A DNA stretch of 63,798 bases, the filler included, from Nemertoderma westbladi (lineage: Eukaryota > Animalia > Xenacoelomorpha): NCBI GenBank assembly GCA_032718475.1. It is 4 parts of 4 records of this genome, joined end to end, with 100 filler letters (N's around TTAATTAATTAA, not from the genome) between each part and the next. Parts side by side here need not be neighbours in the genome. Positions count along the whole stretch, not along the records: positions 1 to 23,843 come from JAUCBJ010002308.1; positions 23,944 to 33,432 come from JAUCBJ010006568.1; 2 more parts are not named here. One strand, 5' to 3'. Positions 23,356 to 33,532 of this stretch are shown here, one piece after another. The translations under genes and the position numbers were made by a program. Under the pieces are notes generated by a model that did no database searches, had not been told where the DNA came from, and was given only the letters and a program-made list of their open reading frames with translations. Within the stretch, counting starts at the first letter, position 1; each line of letters opens with the position of its first letter.

Positions 23356-23621
23356 ATAATACATTATATATTATAATACGTAAGGGCAATTCTAGAAAAA
23401 ATTAAAATTTCATTTGATATGTGTTTTGACATTTTTGTCTTTTTGACTTTGGACTTTTGACTCGGTTTGTGTGGACGCGGCCTAAACTCTCCCACTCCCC
23501 GGAGACACCCCGATTGCTTATTACTTGGCAAAATGTCCACTAAAATATTTGACAAATGGATTAGAATAGGTTAATGCATTTCCAATTTTGATAAACTTTA
23601 CCCCTTACTGTATCTTTGTAG

Positions 23622-23816
23622 GCGAGCACGTTGATACGTTTAATAAATAAAGGCTTTCGACTTTCCTACTTACGAACAAACCGAAATCGACGACCCTCTG
23701 TTTAATGTACGACTTATTCCGAAGATGTTAATGCCCTTGCTGAAAACTCAGAGAGGCATTCGGTAATCACATCAAAAAAGGAAGGTGCAAAAGATAGTAA
23801 ACCAACCCCAGCGATG
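23622..23816 (+). CDS. CUL4: Cullin-4, exon 6 (frameshifted, probably sequencing errors at the contig end)
   Basis: tttgtag|GC GAG CAC continues LLG-EH; allowing several single-base indels it reads GEHVDT.INKGF..LL..N.IDD.CLMYDLFRR.N...LREAFGNHIKKEGAKIV, like CUL4 GEHLTAILQKGL...; donor G|GTTAGT. Confidence 0.75.
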
Positions 23817-23843
23817 GTTAGTCATTTAGTAACCAACCCCAGC

Positions 23844-23943
23844 NNNNNNNNNNNNNNNNNNNNNNNNNNNNNNNNNNNNNNNNNNNNTTAATTAATTAAN
23901 NNNNNNNNNNNNNNNNNNNNNNNNNNNNNNNNNNNNNNNNNNN
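23844..23943. other. Artificial contig spacer
   Basis: 44 N + TTAATTAATTAA (stops in all six frames) + 44 N. Confidence 0.97.
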
Positions 23944-23945
23944 CA

Positions 23946-26105
23946 ACCCATCCAATATTTTTGAGCCGACGAGCTATTTATATAGTTGTATTTGATCTGA
24001 CACAAGATCTTTTTAAAGCTGCCGATATCATTGTGAAATCCGACGATGAACATATTGAGAAAATATATGGTGAAATGACAAATATAGAATTCATCGATTT
24101 TTGGTTAAGAAATATTTATTCTTTTGGTAGCAAATTAGAATTTGATGAATATGAAAGGGAATTGGGGCCGCCAGTGTTTATAGTTGGAACTCATAAAGGA
24201 AGTTTACATGAACATTCTGAAACTCAACAAATTTTAGCTAATAATAAATTTATTGATATTAAACAACTTATTGAAAGTTTACCATATGCAGATTACTTAG
24301 TTAGAAAATACCATGCAATTGAGAATGACACTAATTTAAGATCAGAAGAGTATGAAACTGAATTGGAGACCCTTAAGACAGATATATTAAATGAAATAAT
24401 TAAATTTAAAGAAGAAATTCCCATTCAGTATCTGAAATTTGAAGAACTTGTATCTCAATTGTTGCAGCAAAATGTAGTTTACTTAGATATTGTTGAGTTG
24501 GAAGGAAGGCTCAAAGTACTTGAAGTAGAATTGGATTTCAATGGTTTGAAAACAATGTTGGAATTTTACCATGATTTAGGCACAATCATATATTTCAATG
24601 ATGAATCATTAAAAGATACAGTTATCCTGAGCCCCGAATGGTTGAGTGGGATTTTTGCAAGACTAATAACTGTTAAAGACAATATTCTTACTGAACATTT
24701 TACATACTGGAAGGATTTAGACGAAAGTGGAATTTTACATGAGTCACTTATAGATTATATCTGGAAAGATGTCATTGATAAGAAGCACTTCATTTTGAAT
24801 ATGTTAGAACGTTTTGATCTTTTATGCGAAAGAGTTTTGCCAGAAACTTCCGTGTCTTTTAAAAGAACAGAATTAATGTACTATGTACCATGTCGACTTA
24901 AACCAGTTGAAATCGATAAATTCGTAATTGCGGATTGTAATACAGAATTTTACATTCTATTTGAAACCTTTTTGCCAGAAAGTATATATTTCCGAATTAT
25001 TAAGAGAATCATAGAATTATCATATGTTGTCGGTGACTGTGTGATTCAGCCTAATCTTTATCATCGAGTTGCCCAAATATTTTTGAATTTTGATCATCAA
25101 GTTATATTAGAAAGGTCTCCAAGATCTCTACACAGAATTAAAGTCCAGATAATTAGGAATTCACAAAGTAGTAATAAGCTTAATGTATTGGATGAAATTT
25201 CAATTGTTTCTAAAGTTAAACCAGATCCTGATATTATCAACAAAGTTAAGTATTTTTTAAATTCTTCAATACATGATATTATTAAACAGATAAAAATGAA
25301 AAATATTTCATTTAGTTTTGAAATAAGATGTCAATGTAATTCAAGATGCGATCAACATGGATTAACTAATTGTAGTGAAGAAGTTTGTTATCACTTTGTA
25401 AAACTCACAGATTTTATCTCAAATAATAATGTAAAGTGTAAGTTCAAGAATAAACTAAGAAACGAATTGGTTTTAGGAAATTCTGATGAAATTGCTAACT
25501 GCAGTCAACATTGGATTAAACTAACATCAAATGAAGATGCAATTGTTGCGAAATTGGAACATGAAGAGTTATTGATATTTCTAGAGTGTAAAAGAGCTTT
25601 GTCGAAGGAAGTTGTAGCTTATATAAATTCTAAGGCAATTAATTTTATTCGGAATAAGTCGTTAATAGAAGCATTGAAGTGGGGTACAGAAGATGTTTAT
25701 AAAATATTCATTGAAGCTTTGGAGATAACTAATCAAAAACATCTAGCTGATCTTTTGGAAGGTAAACCCACTGAACAGAACGAACATTTCACGCAAATAC
25801 TTTTGCAACATAAGTATAATTTGGTTAAAAGTATTGCGCCAAAAGAACTTTTAATATATCTCCAAAGTAAACAAGTATTAACAGGACATATAGTTCAAAG
25901 AATTAAGGCCAATAATACTACATTAGGCGTCAACAATGAATTAATTGACTCTTTAATGAGAAGACCCTTCAGTGACTATATTATATTCTGTCAATGCTTG
26001 AGAGAAACTAATCAAGAGGATTTAGCTAAAATGATAGGGGATATGCATAATGATGATGATGAGGATGATATATATGAAACATATGAAGATCTTGCGGGTT
26101 CCTAA
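23946..26105 (+). CDS. Roco-family protein, 5'-truncated: Roc C-half, COR, two CARD-like domains
   Basis: Frame open from the contig start: THPIFLSRRAIYIVVFDL (Roc), WLRNIYS...PPVFIVGTHK (G4 region), COR motifs MLEFYHDLGTIIYF, VILSPEWL, MLERFDLL, YYVPCRL; two about 85-aa helical repeats ending FIEALEITNQKHLADLL and FCQCLRETNQEDLAKMI, typical of CARD C-termini. Confidence 0.85.
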   Translation, partial: THPIFLSRRAIYIVVFDLTQDLFKAADIIVKSDDEHIEKIYGEMTNIEFIDFWLRNIYSFGSKLEFDEYERELGPPVFIVGTHKGSLHEHSETQQILANNKFIDIKQLIESLPYADYLVRKYHAIENDTNLRSEEYETELETLKTDILNEIIKFKEEIPIQYLKFEELVSQLLQQNVVYLDIVELEGRLKVLEVELDFNGLKTMLEFYHDLGTIIYFNDESLKDTVILSPEWLSGIFARLITVKDNILTEHFTYWKDLDESGILHESLIDYIWKDVIDKKHFILNMLERFDLLCERVLPETSVSFKRTELMYYVPCRLKPVEIDKFVIADCNTEFYILFETFLPESIYFRIIKRIIELSYVVGDCVIQPNLYHRVAQIFLNFDHQVILERSPRSLHRIKVQIIRNSQSSNKLNVLDEISIVSKVKPDPDIINKVKYFLNSSIHDIIKQIKMKNISFSFEIRCQCNSRCDQHGLTNCSEEVCYHFVKLTDFISNNNVKCKFKNKLRNELVLGNSDEIANCSQHWIKLTSNEDAIVAKLEHEELLIFLECKRALSKEVVAYINSKAINFIRNKSLIEALKWGTEDVYKIFIEALEITNQKHLADLLEGKPTEQNEHFTQILLQHKYNLVKSIAPKELLIYLQSKQVLTGHIVQRIKANNTTLGVNNELIDSLMRRPFSDYIIFCQCLRETNQEDLAKMIGDMHNDDDEDDIYETYEDLAGS

Positions 26106-26514
26106 GTGCAGCGGTATATAGTGGGAAAATTACATTGCTGATAATACAGGAAGTGTCCAGTTATCCCATGGAAACCTACTCGAAAATCTAAAACATAAAA
26201 ACAATACATAATGAAATAAAAAATTATAGAGATGCATATCAATATTATTAATAAAAAATATCCATAGCATATGAATGCCTTAGATTTATTATTATATCAT
26301 TGTATTAATTCTTTATCAGCGGGTATTTCAAGCTCACTAAAAAGTAATAGGTGATGTTAATAAGTAGGCCTACCTAATTACTCAGCCTAAATGCATAAAA
26401 ACAAATACTGTAAAACTCAAACTTGTTGCACATTAGAACTAAGTAGGCTTAGTATTATAGCAATATATTGAATTATCATTGTATTTGAATTGTTAATTTA
26501 TTTGAATTATTATA

Positions 26515-27906
26515 CTGTATTGTTTATATACAATTTGATAAATTATTTTACATATACTGTATGTGTTGAAGTTTCCAATTAGAGGAATGATATTTTAAAC
26601 TTCGAAAACTCGAATTATAATGCCTAACATCTACATAGGGGGGTGTAATGTGTAATGTCTACACTCAAAAAACTCACTTCACTTCACTCCAGCCAGACTG
26701 GTTTAGTTAACAGTTATGACCTTTGTTGAATCGGTGAGTCGTGATATATACTGTAAGCCAGTTTGTTTGTGGTTTGTTTATTAGGTTGTTGTGAACATGT
26801 ATTATATTCATATATCCAATATCCATTCTATATAATCCATTCTATTGCTAATGGCCCACTGGTGGTTAGACTGACTGACTTGGAGAAATAAAAGAGTCTC
26901 TTTGGTGAACTTTACTATTAATCAACTGACTGATGAATACAGTGTACCGGTAGTGATGATAGCACTGTGTAGCGGTGGAAAACTATTTCACCTCCACTTC
27001 TGGAATAAATGCCAACTGATTGCACGCGCACAATCAAGACTACAATTCATCAAGACTTCTTTCTGTAGCATTTATTTTAAATACCACAGCACATATCACA
27101 ACAAATTATATTTATAAATCACTTAATTCACCCGACCCATACTCGTTCTGGCAGACTCGTCCAACCGCCAGCATATTATGGTAATGGTAATGAATAGAAG
27201 ACCCACCCCTATGGCTCGCCCCATCCCTTTATTCTCATGTAGTAGACTTGTAGTAGTAGTTGGAAATATTGTTGTAAATTTTACGTTTACGTTTACATGT
27301 TTGTAGGTATTGTTATTGTATTGTTTATATACAAGTTGTTATAATGACAAAATTTGATAAATTATATTACATATACTGTATGTGTTGAAGTTTTCAATTT
27401 CAGTTTCAATTTCATTTTCAATTTCAATATGTCAATATTTCAATAATTATCAAAAAACTTAACTCAAAAAACTCACTTCACTCCAGCCAGACTGGTTTAG
27501 GTAACAGTTATGACCTTTGTTGAATCGGTGAGTCATGATTACTGTAAGCCAGTTTGGTTTGTAGTTTATTTATTAGGTTGTTGTGAACATGTATTATATT
27601 CATATATCCAATATCCATTCTATATAATCCATTCTATTGCTAATGGCCCACTGGTGGTTGGACTGACTGACTTGGAGAAATAAAAGACTCTCTTTGGTGA
27701 ACTTTACTATTAATCAACTGACTGATGAATACAGTGTACCGGTAGTGATGATAGCACTGTGTAAAACTATTTCACCTCCACTTCTGGAATAAATGCCAAC
27801 TGATTGCACGCGCACAATCAAGACTACAATTCATCAAGACTTCTTTCTGTAGCATTTATTTTAAATACCACAGCACATATCACGAGAAATTATATTTATA
27901 AATCAT
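26515..27906 (+). repeat. About 600-bp direct duplication
   Basis: About 26515-27123 repeated at about 27315-27906 with small indels. Confidence 0.85.
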
Positions 27907-28279
27907 AATCATTATTTATTTGTGTAAATATTGCATCCTAATATTAAAATCAAATATTCTAACAAAGAATTGTAAATATAATTCTTTCAACAAACTTAAC
28001 GTTAATAATTTCAATAATAAATTGTAACACAAACAAAAGTTACATTATCATATACATCCTCCTAAAACACCCCAAGCAAAACTTATATAGGGGTAATATT
28101 ATTAGGAGGATGAACTATCACCTTATTACACTTTCCCTTTCCCGAACATTTAACAAACATATAATAACCATTACACCGCATAAAAGTGTTCTACAGTAAT
28201 TTCAATTTATTACCGAATTTATCGAATCTCCACTCATCCGCAGTCAATTATTATGGATCACGGGTGATCGAAGATGAGA

Positions 28280-28555
28280 TCATTTTAGCAGGATGGCTGA
28301 GATCACTGGATGAGACCTCTTTCGTGGGATAGCAGGGTACGTCGCTGGTTTTGGTACAGGTTTTATTTCTGGGAGTGGGACAGGGTAGGTCTCTGGTTTT
28401 GGTACAGGTAGTGTTTCTGGTCGTGTTACCATGGTTGCCGGGTAGTCATCAACGCGTTTCATTTCCATTGGATAAGTTACTGGGCTGCCGCGAGCATCAG
28501 CATTCAGAGCTATTGCCATAGCAACAGCGAATGAAACTAATAACTGTGTATTCAT
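28280..28555 (-). CDS. Small secreted proline-rich precursor (91 aa)
   Basis: ATG at 28555; signal-peptide-like MNTQLLVSFAVAMAIALNADA; KR and RKR sites; 8-aa repeats xPETxPVP; minus-strand AATAAA at 28206-28211; GC-richer than flanks. Confidence 0.7.
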   Translation of the reverse strand: MNTQLLVSFAVAMAIALNADARGSPVTYPMEMKRVDDYPATMVTRPETLPVPKPETYPVPLPEIKPVPKPATYPAIPRKRSHPVISAILLK

Positions 28556-29205
28556 AATCACTCAATTTTGAATTAGCAATATTTTATTTACGAATCCGCT
28601 ACAGTATAGGCCTAATAAATAACTGCTGCAATTCAGGAAATTGTATATTATACAATATAATATTATAGTGTATTATGTGCCTGTACGTGCGATGGCATGG
28701 GCTTGGGGCATGGGTACAGGGTAGCGATATATTTACAGTACATCGGTTTCAAACACATTCAATTCATTCATATCACCAATGGACGACCACCACCATTACT
28801 CGCTTGCGATCTAGGTGGCGTCCAGCATCATTATCATTAACTGTAAAATGTGATAATTTGGTAAAAAAAAAAAAAGAAAAAAAAACAGGGATTGGTTAAT
28901 GAGCTTTAGTTTGATTGGTTGATGAAATCATGTAAGAAATGGAAAGATGGGTCGAACTACTGTAAGCGTTTTTCACTTAGTTGGCAGGTAGAAAGTGTTG
29001 CAAACAATGTAATGAATGGAGAAATAATGTAAGGATTATTTTAAATTAATTTATTTTATTTTAATAATATCGCACACGAGCTTAAACACGGTACAGTGTA
29101 TGTAGATATATATACGATTATATTTTAGAAGATAGTATACAATGTTTAGCCTAGCCTACCCCTATCTCCATAATATATAGGAACTGTATGTACGTAATGT
29201 ACAAC

Positions 29206-31531
29206 AGTATTCGGTGCATTTTTAATTGGGATTTATTTATAATATATTGTCAACTGATATTATAATACAGTAGGCAAACAATTCTTATATTGCAATTGAG
29301 TTACAGTATTAAATATCGGACCCGTTTAAACAACACAACATCTGAATCAGACCAACAATGAATGGACTAAATCACGAATACCTTGCTTTATAATAAAACC
29401 TCTTCTTATCTGCCTGCAGGCATCTGCACATATGGAAGCCCACCTGGTTCTCGAAGAGGGTAGCCCCTAGTGCCCTAGTGTAGGCCTACAGTAGTACCGA
29501 TCAGCCAAGTGAAAGCGTCCAGTATCTACAAATCATCCCAAATGAGAAGCTCCTTCAACTTTGGAAGAAGTTACGAAGTAGAGAAGCCTGTGCTGATTTA
29601 TGTCAGCCTTAATCCTGACCTGTTACTGCGAGACCAGTATATAAAAGAGGTAGTTAAACGCGTGCTAAAATGTTCGATATTCTAGTACTGGGTTTAAAGC
29701 TGGAGTTTTTACTGCCCCAAAGTGTGGGGGCAGTAGAAAATTCCAGCTTTAAACCCAATACTTGAATTCAATAAATGGATGCCCTGAAGTCAGCATGTCG
29801 CACCATATTAAATGTTCGATATGACACACAATTGTAAAACCTTACAAAGTATGGCCACTTGGGTGACTGTGGGCGGTTTTGTTTCTGCATATACCAGAGG
29901 AGTGAAAACTCTACAATAGCTGAAATGTTTATACACTTCAAAAGTTGTATTTACTAAAAGCAGATTATTCCAACGAAAATAATATTTCAGCATGGAACTA
30001 TTCAATATATAAAGTTTAAATGAGACTATGGCATATGGTGTAAAGATTCTTTACTCATGTGAAAATTAAATAAATCCTACAAAAAATGTATAATAATATG
30101 TACCACATGCACATTATTTTATGATACATTATATATTACTTTATCATATCAGCAAATAAACTGCATTGAGTTGACTGTACGCGTTTAATATAATGCGTAA
30201 TACATAACAAATAACAATGTCATTGTGGACAAATGTCATGTTCCCAATCTCAAGCCAATCATGGAAGTGAATTGCGAAAGGAAATTGATTTTATTTACAG
30301 GTTCTGAGAGCTTGATATTCATTTGTATTTTTCGAAAATTTATTACGAATTTTAAGAAAATGAAAAATAATGAAAATAATCGTGAAAATAACAAGTGTTG
30401 AAAAATATCGTGTGTTGAAAAATATCCAGAGTTAATGGGTATAATGGCTATAAGTTTGGTACAATTTCAAAGCATTTTATACTTGGGTTGTTTGGCGCGG
30501 ACGTGGTGTGGTGTTCTAGAATATCGAAAAAAAAATGAAGAGAGCTGCTGAGCTGAAGATTTAAGAAGACGGTTGAACCGAGCCCGAATTTCACGTCAGG
30601 CAAACGAGACTTACCGCTGCGCCGGTACTTCACTTTCCGTTCACTAGTACCCAAGGTATTGTTCGTGGTAATTTCCTGCACATTTAAGGCCCGGGTTCTT
30701 ACCTTGAATCAATCCTCGCGCCCACGCGCTCCGGCCCTTCGCGATTTCAGGTACGGCCCGCCCCCCCTACTCCACTCTGCTCGCTTCCTCTCCACTCCGA
30801 TTTTCGCGTTTTTAGAATATTCGGTGACGGTTCTATTTAAATGAATATATATAGTATATAAAAAGCATATAAAAGTATTCGGTGCATTTTTAATTGGGAT
30901 GTATTTATTATATATTGTCAACTGATATTATAATACAGTAGGCAAACAATTCTTATATTGCAATTGAGTTACAGTATTAAATATCGGACCCGTTTAAACA
31001 ACACAACATCTGAATCAGACCAACAATGAATGGACTAAATCACGAATACCTTGCTTTATAATAAAACCTCTTCTTATCTGCCTGCAGGCATCTGCACATA
31101 TGGAAGCCCACCTGGTTCTCGAAGAGGGTGAGGGTAGCCCCTAGTGCCCTAGTGTAGGCCTACAGTAGTACCGATCAGCCAAGTGAAAGCGTCCAGTATC
31201 TGCAAATCATCCCAAATGAGAAGCTCCTTCAACTTTGGAAGAAGTTACGAAGTAGAGAAGCCTGTGCTGATTTATGTCAGCCTTAATGCTGACCTGTTTC
31301 TGCGAGACCAGTATATAAAAGAGGTAGTTAATCGTGTGCCAAAATGTTCGATATTCTAGTACCGGGTTTAAAGCTGGAGTTTTTACTGCCCCAAAGTGTG
31401 TGGGCAGTAGAAAATTCCAGCTTTAAACCCAATACTTGAATTCAATAATTGTTCGTGGTAATTTCCTGCACATTTAAGGCCCGGGTTCTTACCTTGAATC
31501 AATCCTCGCGCCCACGCGCTCAGGCCCTTCG
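29206..31531 (+). repeat. Interleaved direct repeats A...B...A'B'
   Basis: A 29206-29774 matches A' 30874-31448; B 30658-30741 matches B' 31448-31531. Confidence 0.85.
29684..29764. repeat. About 80-nt near-perfect hairpin (second copy about 31356-31438)
   Basis: GGGTTTAAAGCTGGAGTTTTTACTGCCCC-loop-GGGGCAGTAGAAAATTCCAGCTTTAAACCC. Confidence 0.8.
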
Positions 31532-31798
31532 ATTTGCATTGCAGAAATTATTTTTTGCAGTTTATAATACCAGACATGTCTGAAACGCAGGTTAAATAAG
31601 CAATAATAACTAACGCACGTAGGCCTTTGTCTTGATTGAGATATGACAACAGACACGTCATTGTCATTTGAAATCCTGGCCTCTCATTGGCTAGTAACTG
31701 GTGAAGCTATAATAATTAAATTGATGAATTTAAAACGGCATTGATAAATTTATTTTTATCTGTTCTTTAGAGCGATTATAACTTTTCGATACGATACT

Positions 31799-32100
31799 TT
31801 ACGATACTACTGAGTATGCTTCTCCGAAGTTGCTGCCCATAGAGACTCCGAGAACCTGGAGATATATCACGCCGAGACTGCGAAAATAATTATGTGTGAG
31901 CAGGTAAGGTAGTATAAGTGCTATGTGTTGTGGCATGAATGGGCATCTCGTGGGGAAAGTGGTATCCTCACTGATCGCTTGCATTACTGCGGAAATTCCC
32001 AATTCGTGTGGGATGGAACTGTACATGTCTTGTACGTCCATGGCGACAATTGTTTACTCGGGGCGGCTAGGAAGAGTAATGAGTTCACGTTTTAAATCAA
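31799..32100 (-). mobile_element. Penelope-like element reverse transcriptase fragment
   Basis: MDVQDMYSSIPHELGISAV...LLTHNYF...YLQVLGVSMGS matches the PLE RT pattern DVxSLYTNIPH / NYF / YxQxxGxAMGS; interrupted by stops. Confidence 0.8.
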
Positions 32101-32209
32101 GGGAGCTAGCTAGCTATGATTGTAACCATGGCGCCTCGGAAAGCATCGTTCAACCATTTACATTATAACTTTTGGGGTTCAAGTCTCCCTCACTCACCCT
32201 ATGATTTAA

Positions 32210-32819
32210 AGAGTGCGACTGCGGCTACCTAATGGCAAATAAACATTGTAGGTCCAGGATGTGTGACAGATGATGTCCTTCAGCCCCGGGATGCGCCACA
32301 GCGCTTGTTTTATTGTACTAACTGACACCTGGCCGCCCGGTTGGACTTAGATTAATTACTGGCACCCGGTTGCACTCGCAGACACGTGGTTTGACTAATT
32401 GTCACTAGGTTGGACTTGTAGGCACTTGGCTGCATATGGTTTTTTAACTATATATAATGGCCCCGAAACAGCGAAAGTAAAGGTATATTATATGTTAATA
32501 TATTCACAAAGAAGGACAGACTGACACGACGGTTTTCAATATCTGTGCGAATGTTTATTCCCTTAGCATTCTCATTGCTGCTTCCATCTGTCTATACTAT
32601 GTTATTGCCATATACTGTAGCAACCAACAACATTCTATAGCCAGGTTGGTGGAAAGAACAGTTCACAAATAAATCACGGTTGGTTAGATTTCCAAGCGGC
32701 GCCGGCGTCAAGAAGAGTTAACTGGTTAATAGGTACTGCACTGCTGGCGCATCGCGGGGCTGGCGGACACCGGCTGTCACTCATTGTTTATTTGACATAG
32801 GTAGCGGCAGCCACACTCT
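32210..32819. mobile_element. Kolobok-like non-autonomous element
   Basis: TTAA|AGAGTG...GCTACCTA...CAAATAAACA TIRs ending ...CACTCT|TTAA. Confidence 0.7.
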
Positions 32820-33432
32820 TTAAATCACTTAGCTTTAAGTAGGCCTACCTGTCTTCAGTCTGCATGTGTGCTGTGCACTTCTTACTGTTCCGCAATGCCT
32901 AATCTCTCAAATCACATACGGATTATTCTCCATAGGAATCCATTACATTCGCACATACGCGTATGTACATACGGATACGGCAAATGCATACGGATACGGC
33001 GAAAAGTTATACCCGTAAGACTAAAATGTAATTCATTGAATCAGAATAAATTATTTCTTATCGGTTTAACTCTCTCATCCGTTATTGTTGTTATTTTTGA
33101 AGTAATACCTCATTAGTTTTAAATTGGTTCGAAAGAATAATTATAACTGAAACATTTTAATAAACGTTTGTTTTGTATATACAATAGACCAACAGATAAT
33201 TATATATCAACGTATTTAATAAATAGTAATAAATATAAGTCGTTCAACAGATGTGTGCCCTAACAACAATGAACACCCGCCACCTATCATAGGAAAGGCA
33301 ATAATGACACAAGCTATTATTACAGATATAATACAAAATGACATACAGTCGTTTAACAGCTGTCAATAGTAAATAATAAACACTGTAAAAGCTTTTGTGG
33401 GATAACTGATACGTTTGCCTTGGCTGGCCAGT

Positions 33433-33532
33433 NNNNNNNNNNNNNNNNNNNNNNNNNNNNNNNNNNNNNNNNNNNNTTAATTAATTAANNNNNNNNNNNN
33501 NNNNNNNNNNNNNNNNNNNNNNNNNNNNNNNN
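33433..33532. other. Artificial contig spacer
   Basis: 44 N + TTAATTAATTAA + 44 N. Confidence 0.97.

Larger units (their letters stand above)
21837..23482. mobile_element. PIF/Harbinger-like MITE (outer), expanded by nested insertions
   Basis: GGCTGCGTTCACAC...GTGTGGACGCGGCC TIRs; TAA on both sides (21834-21836, 23483-23485). Confidence 0.7.

Noticed and set aside
23622-23816. CUL4 as a pseudogene
   Set aside because: Exons 1-5 are intact, and the indels cluster in a noisy contig end where the adjacent repeat arm also shows extra bases. Sequencing error is likelier, though reads are needed.
23888-23899. TTAATTAATTAA as a biological motif
   Set aside because: It is identical in all three gaps and centred in Ns, so it is a synthetic linker.
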